A DNA stretch of 64,000 nt. Source: an uncultured delta proteobacterium (GTDB lineage Bacteria; Desulfobacterota; Syntrophia; Syntrophales; UBA2185). The position numbers and the translations under genes were made by a program. Below are positions 1-9,257 of this stretch, piece by piece. The notes under the pieces are model-generated. The model ran no database searches. It was not told where the DNA came from and saw nothing but the letters and a program-made list of their open reading frames with translations. The stretch spans positions 320,001-384,000 of the forward strand of contig CAVSPA010000005.1 of assembly GCA_963729715.1 (NCBI GenBank), given 5' to 3'. Numbering within the stretch: position 1 is the stretch's first letter; every line of letters begins with the position of its first letter.

Positions 1-1
1 G

Positions 2-469
2 CGCCTTGGCCTCAGTAAGCATCCCCAGAGAGGCGCAGACCGTGAGGTCCGTTTCTCGGGAAATGGCAGTGGCGCTACGGCAGATGATGTCCAGTTCCTC
101 ATCTGTCGGCATATAGCCGCTTGTTACCATGGAATACCTTGTGGCCCCTCCCCTGTTTGATTCCATTGCGCTTTTCACAATCTCTTCTTCATCCAATAAA
201 GGATATGTCTTGATCTCAGTTCTGTGATGGGACGATTGGGCGCAGAAGGCGCAGTCCTCGGTACAAGAACCAGATTTGGCATTGATGATGGAGCACAGAA
301 TAGTTTCTTTTGCCTGTCGCATCTTCTTGATCTTGTGGGCGCAGAATAATAAGTCCATGGTATCCTTTTCTGGAAGACGGGCAAGTTCACATGCATCTTC
401 ATAGGAAAGAGCATCACCGCCAGCGTCAATAATCTTCTCAGTGAACTCGACGATTTTCTTATTGAACAT
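2..469 (-). CDS. bioB: Biotin synthase, 5' part (runs off the window edge)
   Basis: Manual translation from ATG at 469 (SD AGGAGA): MFNKKIVEF...CSIINAKSGSCTEDCAFCAQSSHH...GATRYSMVTSG...LTVCASLG. BioB radical SAM CxxxCxxC motif; not in the ORF track. Confidence 0.95.
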   Translation of the reverse strand, partial: MFNKKIVEFTEKIIDAGGDALSYEDACELARLPEKDTMDLLFCAHKIKKMRQAKETILCSIINAKSGSCTEDCAFCAQSSHHRTEIKTYPLLDEEEIVKSAMESNRGGATRYSMVTSGYMPTDEELDIICRSATAISRETDLTVCASLGMLTEAKA

Positions 470-567
470 ATCTTTCTCCTTATTTTAATAGGATGTTCAT
501 CTCGCGAAATAGTCCGCCGCTTGTCTGTCCGAAATGGTATTTGCCCATATCAGAGAGCGGAACGTAA

Positions 568-595
568 GTCAACCGTATTTATATTTTGGGTTGAC
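568..595. promoter_or_regulatory. BirA operator (GTCAACC-N14-GGTTGAC) overlapping a TTGACA -35 box
   Basis: Inverted repeat gtcaacc(568-574)-N14-ggttgac(589-595) between divergent bioB and birA; matches the deltaproteobacterial BirA box TGTCAACC-N14-GGTTGACA. Confidence 0.85.
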
Positions 596-625
596 AATTA
601 GACATGGCGATGTTATGAGCCGCGG

Positions 626-1612
626 ATGTCTACTAGACAGCAATTACTCATCTATCTGAAAGAAGGCAAAGGAACCTGGGTCTCTGGCGAATTCCTCGCC
701 CATAAAATGGCGGTTTCCCGGTCGGCTGTATGGAAGCATATTGGCAGTCTAAAAAACGATGGCTACGTTATCGAATCGTCACGAAAGAAAGGATACCTCC
801 TCCGCCAGACATCCGATTTGCTTCTCGCTAATGAGATCCGGGAAGGGCTGAACACAAATGTCTTCGGCAAAGGAGAAATTATTTATTTCAGGGAAACAGA
901 CTCAACCAATGCAAGGGCTAAGTATCTGGCAGGCGATGGTACTCCTGAGGGAACGGTGATTGTCGCGGAAAAGCAAACAGAGGGAAGAGGGAGAAGGGGA
1001 AGAAGTTGGTTTTCACCTCCCGGTGAAGGAATCTACACATCTGTCATCCTGAGGCCGCCCATTCCTCCAAATGAAGCGCCTAAGCTGACTTTGCTCGCAT
1101 CGGTGGCGTTAGCTGAGGCGTTGCTTTCTCTTACATCACTAGAGGTCAGTATTAAATGGCCCAACGACATCCTGATCAGGGGCAGGAAGGTTGCGGGCAT
1201 ACTGACGGAGATCAGCACGGAAATGGACAGAATCGATTATGTGGTCATCGGTGTTGGTGTAAATGTGAATACGCCTAGCAAAGGCCTTCCCCCTGATATC
1301 GCACACACGGCCACATCGGTTTTTATGGAGACGGGCAAAGAGTTCCCCAGGATAGTTCTTCTCCGTGCTTTTCTGGAGTGGCTCGAAATATATTACGAAA
1401 CATTTAAGACCAAGGGCTTTGATCCCATATTGAATCGATGGAAGCACCTTGCTGACATCATCGGGCACCGGATCAGTGTTGACCTCATGGACAGTACACG
1501 CGTCGGAAAGGTCCTAGACGTAGACAAAGACGGTTTTCTCATTCTTCAGGATCGCAAGGGAACGATTGAGAGGATAATTTCCGGCGATGTAGCCCTGTTG
1601 AGCAAGGTGTAG
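626..1612 (+). CDS. birA: Bifunctional biotin--protein ligase / biotin repressor
   Basis: N-terminal HTH (VSGE..A..MAVSRSAVWKHI), GRGRRGRSW, KWPND, KVAGIL. Confidence 0.97.
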   Translation: MSTRQQLLIYLKEGKGTWVSGEFLAHKMAVSRSAVWKHIGSLKNDGYVIESSRKKGYLLRQTSDLLLANEIREGLNTNVFGKGEIIYFRETDSTNARAKYLAGDGTPEGTVIVAEKQTEGRGRRGRSWFSPPGEGIYTSVILRPPIPPNEAPKLTLLASVALAEALLSLTSLEVSIKWPNDILIRGRKVAGILTEISTEMDRIDYVVIGVGVNVNTPSKGLPPDIAHTATSVFMETGKEFPRIVLLRAFLEWLEIYYETFKTKGFDPILNRWKHLADIIGHRISVDLMDSTRVGKVLDVDKDGFLILQDRKGTIERIISGDVALLSKV

Positions 1613-1728
1613 AGCGCAGGACGTTCTAAAGGTTTGATGTGACTTCAAGACGAAATGTCATTTCGCCTGGAGAACTGTGAAACGAGTGGCGTGATGCGAC
1701 TGAGTTAAACTAGCGAGGCTTAGGTGTC

Positions 1729-3090
1729 ATGACTTACGAAGACAGTAAAGAATTGGAGATCGACGACAAGAAGTATGTTTGGCATCCCTTTACCCAGATG
1801 CGGGGTTATGAAAAGGAAACGCCACTCATCATTGAGGATGGCAACGGATGTCTCTTAAGAGATACGGCAGGCAATAGCTATATTGATGGTGTTTCTTCGC
1901 TCTGGACGAATGTTCATGGCCATAGGAAAAAGAGACTTGACGACGCATTGAAGAAGCAGCTTGGCAAGATTGCCCACTCAACCCTGTTGGGACTTTCCAA
2001 CATACCCGCAATCAGACTGGCAAAGAAATTAATTGCAATTGCCCCTGCGGGATTGACAAAAGTATTTTATTCCGACAATGGCTCCACGGCCAATGAAATA
2101 GCCCTTAAGATGGCCTTCCAGTACCATCAGCAATGCCCTTCGGGAAAGCGCAGCAAGAAGAAATTCATTCGCCTGTCCAATGCCTATCATGGGGACACCA
2201 TAGGCTCAGTGAGCGTGGGAGGGATTGATCTCTTCCATTCCATGTATAGGGACTTGCTTTTCCCGTCTTTCAAGGCGGAAGCGCCGTACTGCTACCGCTG
2301 CGCCTTGGGAAAGTCCCATCCCACTTGCGGGCTCGAATGTCTTACGCACGTGGAGGACATAATGAATGCTCATAACCATGAGATTGCCGCTCTCATGATA
2401 GAGCCCTTGGTCCAGGGAGCCGGTGGCATATTGGTGCAGCCACCGGGATACCTGAAAGGGGTAAGAGAGTTGTGCACCCGTTACAATATCTTTATGATCG
2501 CTGACGAAGTGGCGGTCGGCTTCGGCAAGACGGGAAAGATGTTTGCCTGTGAACATGAAGGCGTGACGCCGGACATCATGACCCTGGCAAAGGGAATAAC
2601 AGGAGGGTATCTCCCGCTTGCGGCAACCCTCGTGACGGAGGAAATCTATGAAGGATTCCTCGGGGAGTTCGAGGAGTTCAAGACATTCTTTCACGGACAC
2701 ACATTTACGGGAAACCCTCTGGCATGCGCAGTTGCAAGTGCCAGCCTTGAGGTCTTCGAAGAGGAGCGCACCCTTGACAAACTCCAGACAAAAATTGCGC
2801 ACCTCGCAAAGAGGCTAGAACCATTTGCTTCTCTCAGTCACGTCGGAGAGGTGCGCCAGTGCGGCATCATGGGAGGTATAGAACTTGTTTACAATCGGGA
2901 GACGAGGCAGCTTTTCCCTCCGGAGAAGAGAATCGGCCATAGGGTCATCATGGAGGCTAGAAAGAAGGGCGTGATTATCCGCCCTTTAGGGGACGTAATT
3001 GTCCTGATGCCGCCCTTGTCAATTTCTAAAAAGGAAATGGATCTGCTCTGTCAATCTGTATACGATGCGATTCGGATTGTGACAGAATAG
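1729..3090 (+). CDS. bioA: Adenosylmethionine--8-amino-7-oxononanoate aminotransferase
   Basis: WHPFTQM, DGVSSLWTNVHGH, YHGDT, DEVAVGFGKTG, AKGITGGYLP, HGHTFTGNP. Confidence 0.97.
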   Translation: MTYEDSKELEIDDKKYVWHPFTQMRGYEKETPLIIEDGNGCLLRDTAGNSYIDGVSSLWTNVHGHRKKRLDDALKKQLGKIAHSTLLGLSNIPAIRLAKKLIAIAPAGLTKVFYSDNGSTANEIALKMAFQYHQQCPSGKRSKKKFIRLSNAYHGDTIGSVSVGGIDLFHSMYRDLLFPSFKAEAPYCYRCALGKSHPTCGLECLTHVEDIMNAHNHEIAALMIEPLVQGAGGILVQPPGYLKGVRELCTRYNIFMIADEVAVGFGKTGKMFACEHEGVTPDIMTLAKGITGGYLPLAATLVTEEIYEGFLGEFEEFKTFFHGHTFTGNPLACAVASASLEVFEEERTLDKLQTKIAHLAKRLEPFASLSHVGEVRQCGIMGGIELVYNRETRQLFPPEKRIGHRVIMEARKKGVIIRPLGDVIVLMPPLSISKKEMDLLCQSVYDAIRIVTE

Positions 3091-3105
3091 ACGTGGGACC
3101 TCGAA

Positions 3106-3432
3106 ATGGCAGGTTATAAGAAAGCATCAGAGAGAAGCCCCGAGGATGGCTCCTGGGAGGGCGTCTTCTATTTTCATCCGGATGACGGCATCTACCAGGA
3201 TCATTTCCCCGGTTACCCGGTTGTCCCCGGGAGCTTGATAGTGTATGCATTTTTGGAAGCGGCCGCAGAAGCTTGCTTCTTACCGAATTATGTTACAATA
3301 GAAAACTTCAGGTTCAGAGAGTTTCTCTCACCTGGCCATCACGCATTTCGTATCGAACTGGAGGATGACCGGCTGATATGCCAGATTTATCGGGGAGAGA
3401 AGATACTCGTTACGGGAGTCTTAAAGAAATGA
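3106..3432 (+). CDS. FabA/FabZ-like hotdog dehydratase, His-bearing half
   Basis: DHFPGYPVVPG motif, FRFREFLSPG; inside the bio operon. Confidence 0.8.
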   Translation: MAGYKKASERSPEDGSWEGVFYFHPDDGIYQDHFPGYPVVPGSLIVYAFLEAAAEACFLPNYVTIENFRFREFLSPGHHAFRIELEDDRLICQIYRGEKILVTGVLKK

Positions 3433-4172
3433 GCCTCCATTTTTCGGGAAATCGCGCCCTTATTCTGGGAGGCACCTGCGAGCTTGCTCTGGCTTTGGCT
3501 CAATCCATGATAGAGTCTAAACTTTTTCCCATTCTTACTTACAGAGATGATAAGGGTCTAAATGCAATCGGAGAGTCTCTGAGGCCCTTTCATGGGAGAT
3601 ACGAGACTTGCTATCTGAATTTCGGTCATCATGATTTGCTGGAATCAGCCTTTGCCCAAATCGGTGATGATCTCAATTTCCTGGTAGATTTTGCCCAGGG
3701 AAATTATGAAAGCCTTATCGCTGCAGCAGACGAGGACAGCGTTAACAGTTATTTCACGGAGAATATCTCCTTTCGCGCTGAGATTCTGAAAAGGGCGGGA
3801 AGGGCGATGCTGAAGAGAAGAAAGGGGCGGCTCGTCTATATTTCTTCTGCAGCAGCGTTAAGACCCAATCCCGGCCAGGGATTTTATGCGGCGTCAAAGC
3901 TCGCTTCAGAGGCCCTCTATCGCAATATGGGACTGGAACTGGGGGAACGAGGTGTGACCACGGTGATCCTTCGTCCCGGTTATATTGATGCCGGGCGGGG
4001 CAGAATTTATCTGCAAAAGCAGGATCGAAAAATTCTTGAGATGACACCGATAAAGAGGACTATAACAGTCGAAGAAATTGCCGAGACGATTCTCTTCCTT
4101 CTTTCCGACAGCGCCGTCGGCATCAACGCAACAGCGATTTCCATGGACGGCGGTCTCACATCCGTAAAATAA
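3429..4172 (+). CDS. FabG-like SDR (3-oxoacyl-ACP reductase-like)
   Basis: ALILGGTCELA, YISS, YAASK, PGYID, SMDGG; ATG 3429 overlaps the upstream stop (ATGA). Confidence 0.88.
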   Translation: MSLHFSGNRALILGGTCELALALAQSMIESKLFPILTYRDDKGLNAIGESLRPFHGRYETCYLNFGHHDLLESAFAQIGDDLNFLVDFAQGNYESLIAAADEDSVNSYFTENISFRAEILKRAGRAMLKRRKGRLVYISSAAALRPNPGQGFYAASKLASEALYRNMGLELGERGVTTVILRPGYIDAGRGRIYLQKQDRKILEMTPIKRTITVEEIAETILFLLSDSAVGINATAISMDGGLTSVK

Positions 4173-4241
4173 AAAGCTGCTGAAGCTCTCCATCGGAAGG
4201 GAAGAGAGGGCTTGAGCGGCACATCTGAAAGTTGAGGACAC

Positions 4242-4613
4242 ATGGACATTTTTACTGAATTAAAAAAAATGCTGGAGGAACTGCTTGACATCGAAGACAG
4301 GGAAATTACGCCTGAGACTCTTCTCATCCAGGATTTGGGCGCTGAGTCCATTGACCTCCTGGAGCTCGCCGTAACTATAAACAGCCGGTTTAAAATCGCC
4401 GTGAAGGATGATGAGGTATTCCTGACACGATTCAGACTCTATTCTACGGAAGCGAAGCAACAGGGCAAGGACACCATCCATTATGTTGCCGGAAAATATC
4501 CTTTTCTCGGCGAAGACCGGATAGCGGAGATAATTGCGCATATTAAAGAAGGTCCTCAGTTGAAGATAAAGGACCTCATCAGTTACGTAGAATACCGGTC
4601 ACAGAGGGTTTAA
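4242..4613 (+). CDS. Acyl carrier protein, extended (123 aa)
   Basis: DLGAESIDLLEL phosphopantetheine Ser motif; C-terminal LKIKDLISYVE helix. Confidence 0.85.
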   Translation: MDIFTELKKMLEELLDIEDREITPETLLIQDLGAESIDLLELAVTINSRFKIAVKDDEVFLTRFRLYSTEAKQQGKDTIHYVAGKYPFLGEDRIAEIIAHIKEGPQLKIKDLISYVEYRSQRV

Positions 4614-4623
4614 CGCCTTGGAT

Positions 4624-5256
4624 ATGACGCCTCTCGATAAACTGATCAATCAGCGGAGAAGCATCAGGAAGTACAAACCCGAATGCCCGCCCGAAGAATG
4701 GTTAAAAAAGATGATCCTGGCGGCAATGAGGGCGCCTTCTCCTTCCAACAGCCAGCCCGTACGGTTCATCCGCATACTTTCGCCCGAGTTGAAGGATTGT
4801 CTCCTTCGGGCCATGCGCGCAGGTGAGGAGCGTTTGATGGATGCCGTTGGGAATTCGAGCAATCCAAAAAGATTGAGAAACTGGATCAACGCCTACCGAC
4901 GGTTCTCAGAGTTCATGTTCGATGCCCCGGTACTCTTTGCCGTCGGCACCACCATGACATTTCTCAATCTTGCAGTAAGGCTAGCCCGCGCAGGTGCGAT
5001 GGAACAGGGGCATAAGAGACACCGGGACATTGACATTGCCGTGGGTCTGGCTCTTCACGGATATCTGCTTAAGGGGGAGGAACTTGGCCTGGGTTCTTGT
5101 ATTCTCACAGCTCCCCTGCTCTTTATCCAGGAACCAGAGGGAATCCTCGGATTGAAGGGGATGGAGATCGAATGCTTTGTTACAACGGGGTATCCCGATG
5201 AAGAACCACTTTATATCAAGCGAAAAGATATCACCGAAATCTACAGGGAAGTATAA
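4624..5256 (+). CDS. Nitroreductase-family flavoprotein
   Basis: RRSIRKYK, RAPSPSNSQP, GLGSC, TGYPDE. Confidence 0.9.
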   Translation: MTPLDKLINQRRSIRKYKPECPPEEWLKKMILAAMRAPSPSNSQPVRFIRILSPELKDCLLRAMRAGEERLMDAVGNSSNPKRLRNWINAYRRFSEFMFDAPVLFAVGTTMTFLNLAVRLARAGAMEQGHKRHRDIDIAVGLALHGYLLKGEELGLGSCILTAPLLFIQEPEGILGLKGMEIECFVTTGYPDEEPLYIKRKDITEIYREV

Positions 5257-6471
5257 ATGACAAGAAGGGTCGTTATTACCTCAATGGGAATTCTCTCATC
5301 TCTCGGCTCTGACCGCGAAGAGATTATAAGGAGCTTCAGAGAGGGAAAAGTAAATTTCGAAAGACCCGCCTTTGACGACGAAGTCGTTACCTCCCCCGTC
5401 AGGGGCTTCAACGTGCGGGCATATACAGGCCCGTTTAAGGATGGCCGGTATCTAAACCGCTGCTCTCAGTTTGCTGTTGCCTCAGCCATCTCAGCGATAA
5501 AGAATTCGGGCTGCAAAAACGACTATCTGGAAGGAGCAGGACTCTTTGTCGGCGCCGGACCGAACCTCGATATCGGGGGCGAGTTCCCCGAGATCAGGAG
5601 AGGGGAAATTGACCGTGAGAACCTTCAGGCCTTATGGATCCTGAGATTTCTGCCCAACACCGCTGCATCTGTTATCGCAAAGCTTACAGGTGTCCACGGA
5701 GAGAACCTCACGGTATGTACTGCCTGTTCGGCTTCCCTACAGGCAATTGGAGAGGCGTTTCGAAAGATAAAGAACGGCTATCTCGATTGCGCCCTTGCCG
5801 GAGGCGGTGATTCCCGCCTGAGTCAGGGCGGAATACTGGCATACAAAAAGGCAAGCGCCCTCTATAAAGGTGACGGCGAACCTGATAAGGCAAGTAGGCC
5901 CTTCGATTGCAGCCGGAGCGGCTTTGTCCCCGGGGAAGGAGCGGCCTTTTTTCTTCTCGAGGAATTGGAAAAAGCGAAAGCGCGGGGGGCACAGATATAT
6001 GGCGAGATTTGTGGTTACGGAAGTTCCATGGACGCTGGCGGCATGATTGCCCCGGAAGGTACTGGAAAATGGGGAAGAATAGCCGTGCTTTCCGCTTTAC
6101 AGGAGGCGGAAACGTCTCCCTCTCAGATTGATGTGATTTCCACACACGGAACGGGAACCCTCCTCAATGATGAAGGAGAGGCCAACCTCATAGACGACAT
6201 CTACATGGGCTGCAGCCCCCGGGTAATGGCACTGAAATCCTGGATAGGACACACGGCTTCAGCCTGCGGAGCTATGGAGCTTGCTCTCTTACTAATCTGT
6301 CTCCAGGAGAATTATATCCCCGAGATCAGAAACCTGAGAGATCCCTGCTCAGAGAAAATCGATTTTGTTCGGAGCGGAGGAACTTTTACATTTGGTACGT
6401 GCGTCATTGAAAATTTCGGGTTTGGAGGACAGAATAGCGCTCTCATAGTGAAACGGCAGGAAGAGGTTTAA
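5257..6471 (+). CDS. Beta-ketoacyl-ACP synthase (FabF-like)
   Basis: TACSAS catalytic Cys, HGTGT, KSWIGH, NFGFGGQN. Confidence 0.93.
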   Translation: MTRRVVITSMGILSSLGSDREEIIRSFREGKVNFERPAFDDEVVTSPVRGFNVRAYTGPFKDGRYLNRCSQFAVASAISAIKNSGCKNDYLEGAGLFVGAGPNLDIGGEFPEIRRGEIDRENLQALWILRFLPNTAASVIAKLTGVHGENLTVCTACSASLQAIGEAFRKIKNGYLDCALAGGGDSRLSQGGILAYKKASALYKGDGEPDKASRPFDCSRSGFVPGEGAAFFLLEELEKAKARGAQIYGEICGYGSSMDAGGMIAPEGTGKWGRIAVLSALQEAETSPSQIDVISTHGTGTLLNDEGEANLIDDIYMGCSPRVMALKSWIGHTASACGAMELALLLICLQENYIPEIRNLRDPCSEKIDFVRSGGTFTFGTCVIENFGFGGQNSALIVKRQEEV

Positions 6472-6504
6472 GAATCGTGTACGTGCCATGGCAGGAAGTA
6501 TCGT

Positions 6505-6972
6505 ATGGAAGCGAATAGTATGGACACGAACATTGTCATCAACACAGGACTCACAGGCTTCATAATGCTCGACAGGATTCTGGAAGTGAATGCCGCCAGC
6601 ATCGTTGGTACGAGAACATTTACCGGCGCGCCGGCCGATTTGCCTCTGGAGTCCTTTGCCCAAATTGGCGCGTTCCATATCCGCTACATTACCGGGTTTT
6701 CCAGACATGTCTTTCTTATAAAAATCGTGAACTGCTCCATCCCTTTAAGGATGCCCTTGCAGGGGAAATACGTATTAACCGGGAACCTGCTCAGTCGGAC
6801 CGATTCATCCTTTCGCTCTTCTGTGAAGGCGGAAAGGGACAAAGAAACAGCTGCCGAGGCGGAGCTTCTGTTCACCGCAGTTGATTACGATCATAATTTT
6901 AAAAAGGGCATCTTGTGCGACCACTACATGAGGGTATTTTCATGTTTGCAGAGAGATACAGAAACCGTCTGA
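6505..6972 (+). CDS. FabZ-like hotdog protein, Glu-bearing half
   Basis: MLDRILEV and LESFAQ motifs resemble FabZ LVDRI / E-x-x-AQ; no HFP motif. Confidence 0.65.
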   Translation: MEANSMDTNIVINTGLTGFIMLDRILEVNAASIVGTRTFTGAPADLPLESFAQIGAFHIRYITGFSRHVFLIKIVNCSIPLRMPLQGKYVLTGNLLSRTDSSFRSSVKAERDKETAAEAELLFTAVDYDHNFKKGILCDHYMRVFSCLQRDTETV

Positions 6973-8087
6973 TGCTGCAGCAGCAGACGGGTCTATACCG
7001 CAAACCGCCGGAAGTGAAAGAAAGAGACGGGAAGTACCTCAACATAGAGGGAAGGAGGGTATTGAATTTCGCCTCCAATGACTACCTGGGCCTCGGCACT
7101 TCTGAGGAACTGCGACAACGGGCGGCGCGAAATTTCGGGAAGTATGGAACGTCATCTTCATCATCGCGCCTGGTGTCAGGAAACTATTCTACAATAATCA
7201 ATGCGGAAAAAGAATATGCATCATATTTCGGTTATGGCGATGCCATATTCTTCCCGAGCGGTTACCAGGCGAACTTGGGCATTCTTTCCACCCTTCTGGA
7301 ACGGGGGGACACCGTCATTTTTGACAAGCATATCCATGCAAGCTCCGTAAAGGGAATGATGATGAGCGGAGCGAACTTTCTCGGGTACAACCATAATTCC
7401 ATGCCCCACCTTGAGAAGAGACTGGAAATGTGCACGGGTGAGCAGGTTGCCGTCCTGACAGAGTCTCTCTTCAGTATGGATGGAGATCTTCTGGATGTAA
7501 CTGGTCTCAGCAAATTAAAGGAGCGTTGCCGCGTCCTGGCAATCGTAGACGAAGCCCACGCTTTCGGCGCCATAGGTTCCGGAGGGCGGGGCATCGCTGG
7601 TACTATTGCGGATATTGCTGTTGGAACCTTTGGAAAGGCTTTCGGCTTTTTTGGCGCCTTTGTCCTTCTTCCCGTGGGATTCAAGGAATACCTATTTAAC
7701 TTTTCCTCTCCTCTCATTTATACCACAACCCTTCCGGAAGCCCATGCCGCAACGGCAATAGACATTCTGGAAATTGTAGAGCGCAGTAATGACAGGCGGA
7801 AACGCCTGAGAGATACCAGTCAATTTCTGAAGAAACGCTTGCGTCTTGAGGGATTTCGGGTGACGGGTGATGCTCACATTCTGGCCTTGGAGATCGGCGA
7901 TGAGGCTAAGGCTATAAATATGGCCCGGAAGCTTCTCCAAAGGAATATATTTGTCCTCCCGGCCCGCTATCCCACAGTGCCTCTGCACCGCTCAATACTG
8001 AGAATAGGCGTCACGGCGCTTCACGAAGAAAAAGATATTATATCATTCATTGACCACGTAAAGGAAGCAAGTGAAGAGCTCGAATAA
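6942..8087 (+). CDS. bioF: 8-amino-7-oxononanoate synthase
   Basis: NFASNDYLGL, SRLVSG, SGYQAN, ESLFSMDGD, DEAHA, GTFGKAFG. Confidence 0.95.
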   Translation: MFAERYRNRLMLQQQTGLYRKPPEVKERDGKYLNIEGRRVLNFASNDYLGLGTSEELRQRAARNFGKYGTSSSSSRLVSGNYSTIINAEKEYASYFGYGDAIFFPSGYQANLGILSTLLERGDTVIFDKHIHASSVKGMMMSGANFLGYNHNSMPHLEKRLEMCTGEQVAVLTESLFSMDGDLLDVTGLSKLKERCRVLAIVDEAHAFGAIGSGGRGIAGTIADIAVGTFGKAFGFFGAFVLLPVGFKEYLFNFSSPLIYTTTLPEAHAATAIDILEIVERSNDRRKRLRDTSQFLKKRLRLEGFRVTGDAHILALEIGDEAKAINMARKLLQRNIFVLPARYPTVPLHRSILRIGVTALHEEKDIISFIDHVKEASEELE

Positions 8088-8778
8088 GAAAATTCAAAAT
8101 CTATTTGTTGTGGGAACGGATACAGGGGTAGGAAAAACAGTACTTGCCCTTCTCCTGATGCAATTCTTTTTTGCTAAGGGATATAGCCCTTTCTATCTCA
8201 AGCCCGTGCAGACAGGATGCACCGATGCAGACGATGCTGACAGTGATGCAAAATTCATTTACAGGCATGTCGAATCTTTGAATGGCAGACAGCCGACTGA
8301 ATCCGTGATCTACTGCTTCAAGAATCCGAAGGCACCTCTCTATGCCGCGAGCAATGAGGGAAAATTAATAGACCTATCAAAGATAAAGAGAGTCGTAGCT
8401 CAGAAGTCAGAGGCCCACTCCCCCGTAATACTCGAAGGTGCAGGGGGTGTGCTGGTCCCCGTAGCGGAGAAGAAGCTTATAGTTGACATTATCAGCTTAG
8501 TAGATGGAACTCCCGTCATAGCCGCAAGGGCGGGATTAGGGACAATTAACCACACCCTCCTTACGATTGAAGCCATAGAAAAAAGAGGGATTAAGCCTCT
8601 CGGAATTGTCTTTATTGATGCCGGCGAAAAGGAAACACCCGCTGAGATGATTAGGGAAAACATATCCGCTATCGAAGAAACTTCCGGCATAAAAGTGGCC
8701 GGGGTTATCGGCAGAATTCATGATTTTTCGCGGCCGCCGCATGATTGCTACAAACCTTTAGCAAAGATGTTTAGTTGA
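8071..8778 (+). CDS. bioD: Dethiobiotin synthetase
   Basis: GTDTGVGKT, KPVQTG, EGAGG, LGTINHTLLT. Confidence 0.96.
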   Translation: MKSSNKKIQNLFVVGTDTGVGKTVLALLLMQFFFAKGYSPFYLKPVQTGCTDADDADSDAKFIYRHVESLNGRQPTESVIYCFKNPKAPLYAASNEGKLIDLSKIKRVVAQKSEAHSPVILEGAGGVLVPVAEKKLIVDIISLVDGTPVIAARAGLGTINHTLLTIEAIEKRGIKPLGIVFIDAGEKETPAEMIRENISAIEETSGIKVAGVIGRIHDFSRPPHDCYKPLAKMFS

Positions 8779-9061
8779 TTACGATTGTCCCCGGAAATCA
8801 GCCGCATATCTTTCATTTATAAAAATATTTCTTGACATCAATCAATTAATGATGTAGCCGACGTGTCGCAGGTGTGACTGAGAGTCATATAGTGACTGCT
8901 GTTCAACCTTTGGATTGGTTCCCTACCATCTCCTAATCATTAATTCTTCAAGTGTGGAAACGTTTCTTGTTTGAGAACTTCTTTTGTGGTAGGAACAAGA
9001 GCAATTTTCGCGTGCCAAAAATATTTAAATAATCTTAATATTATTTATTAATCTTTTAATA

Positions 9062-9075
9062 TTGATATTTATCAA
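9062..9075. promoter_or_regulatory. FNR/CRP-family-like box TTGAT-N4-ATCAA upstream of acs
   Basis: Perfect TTGATatttATCAA; a second near-match TTGACatcaATCAA at 8832-8845; AT-rich context. Confidence 0.4.
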
Positions 9076-9257
9076 TTATATGGTGTAAGGTCAGCAACTC
9101 AAGCTAAAGCCTGACCACCATCACTTCCGCCTTGGGAGAGGTTCAGAACCGCAAAGAAAGAGGCGGATTCCAGTTTACACAAGGGCCGTGCCGAATATAG
9201 GGAAACTTAATTTAATGCAAACATGAAAGATATAGAAAAGGGAGGTTATTCATTGAC

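Noticed and set aside
175..429. 84-aa minus-strand ORF in the track
   Set aside because: Alternative frame overlapping the real bioB
9000..9017. Sigma54-like TGGCACGCGAAAATTGCT on the minus strand
   Set aside because: GG-to-GC spacing is 12 nt rather than the required 10, and it points toward the 3' end of bioD
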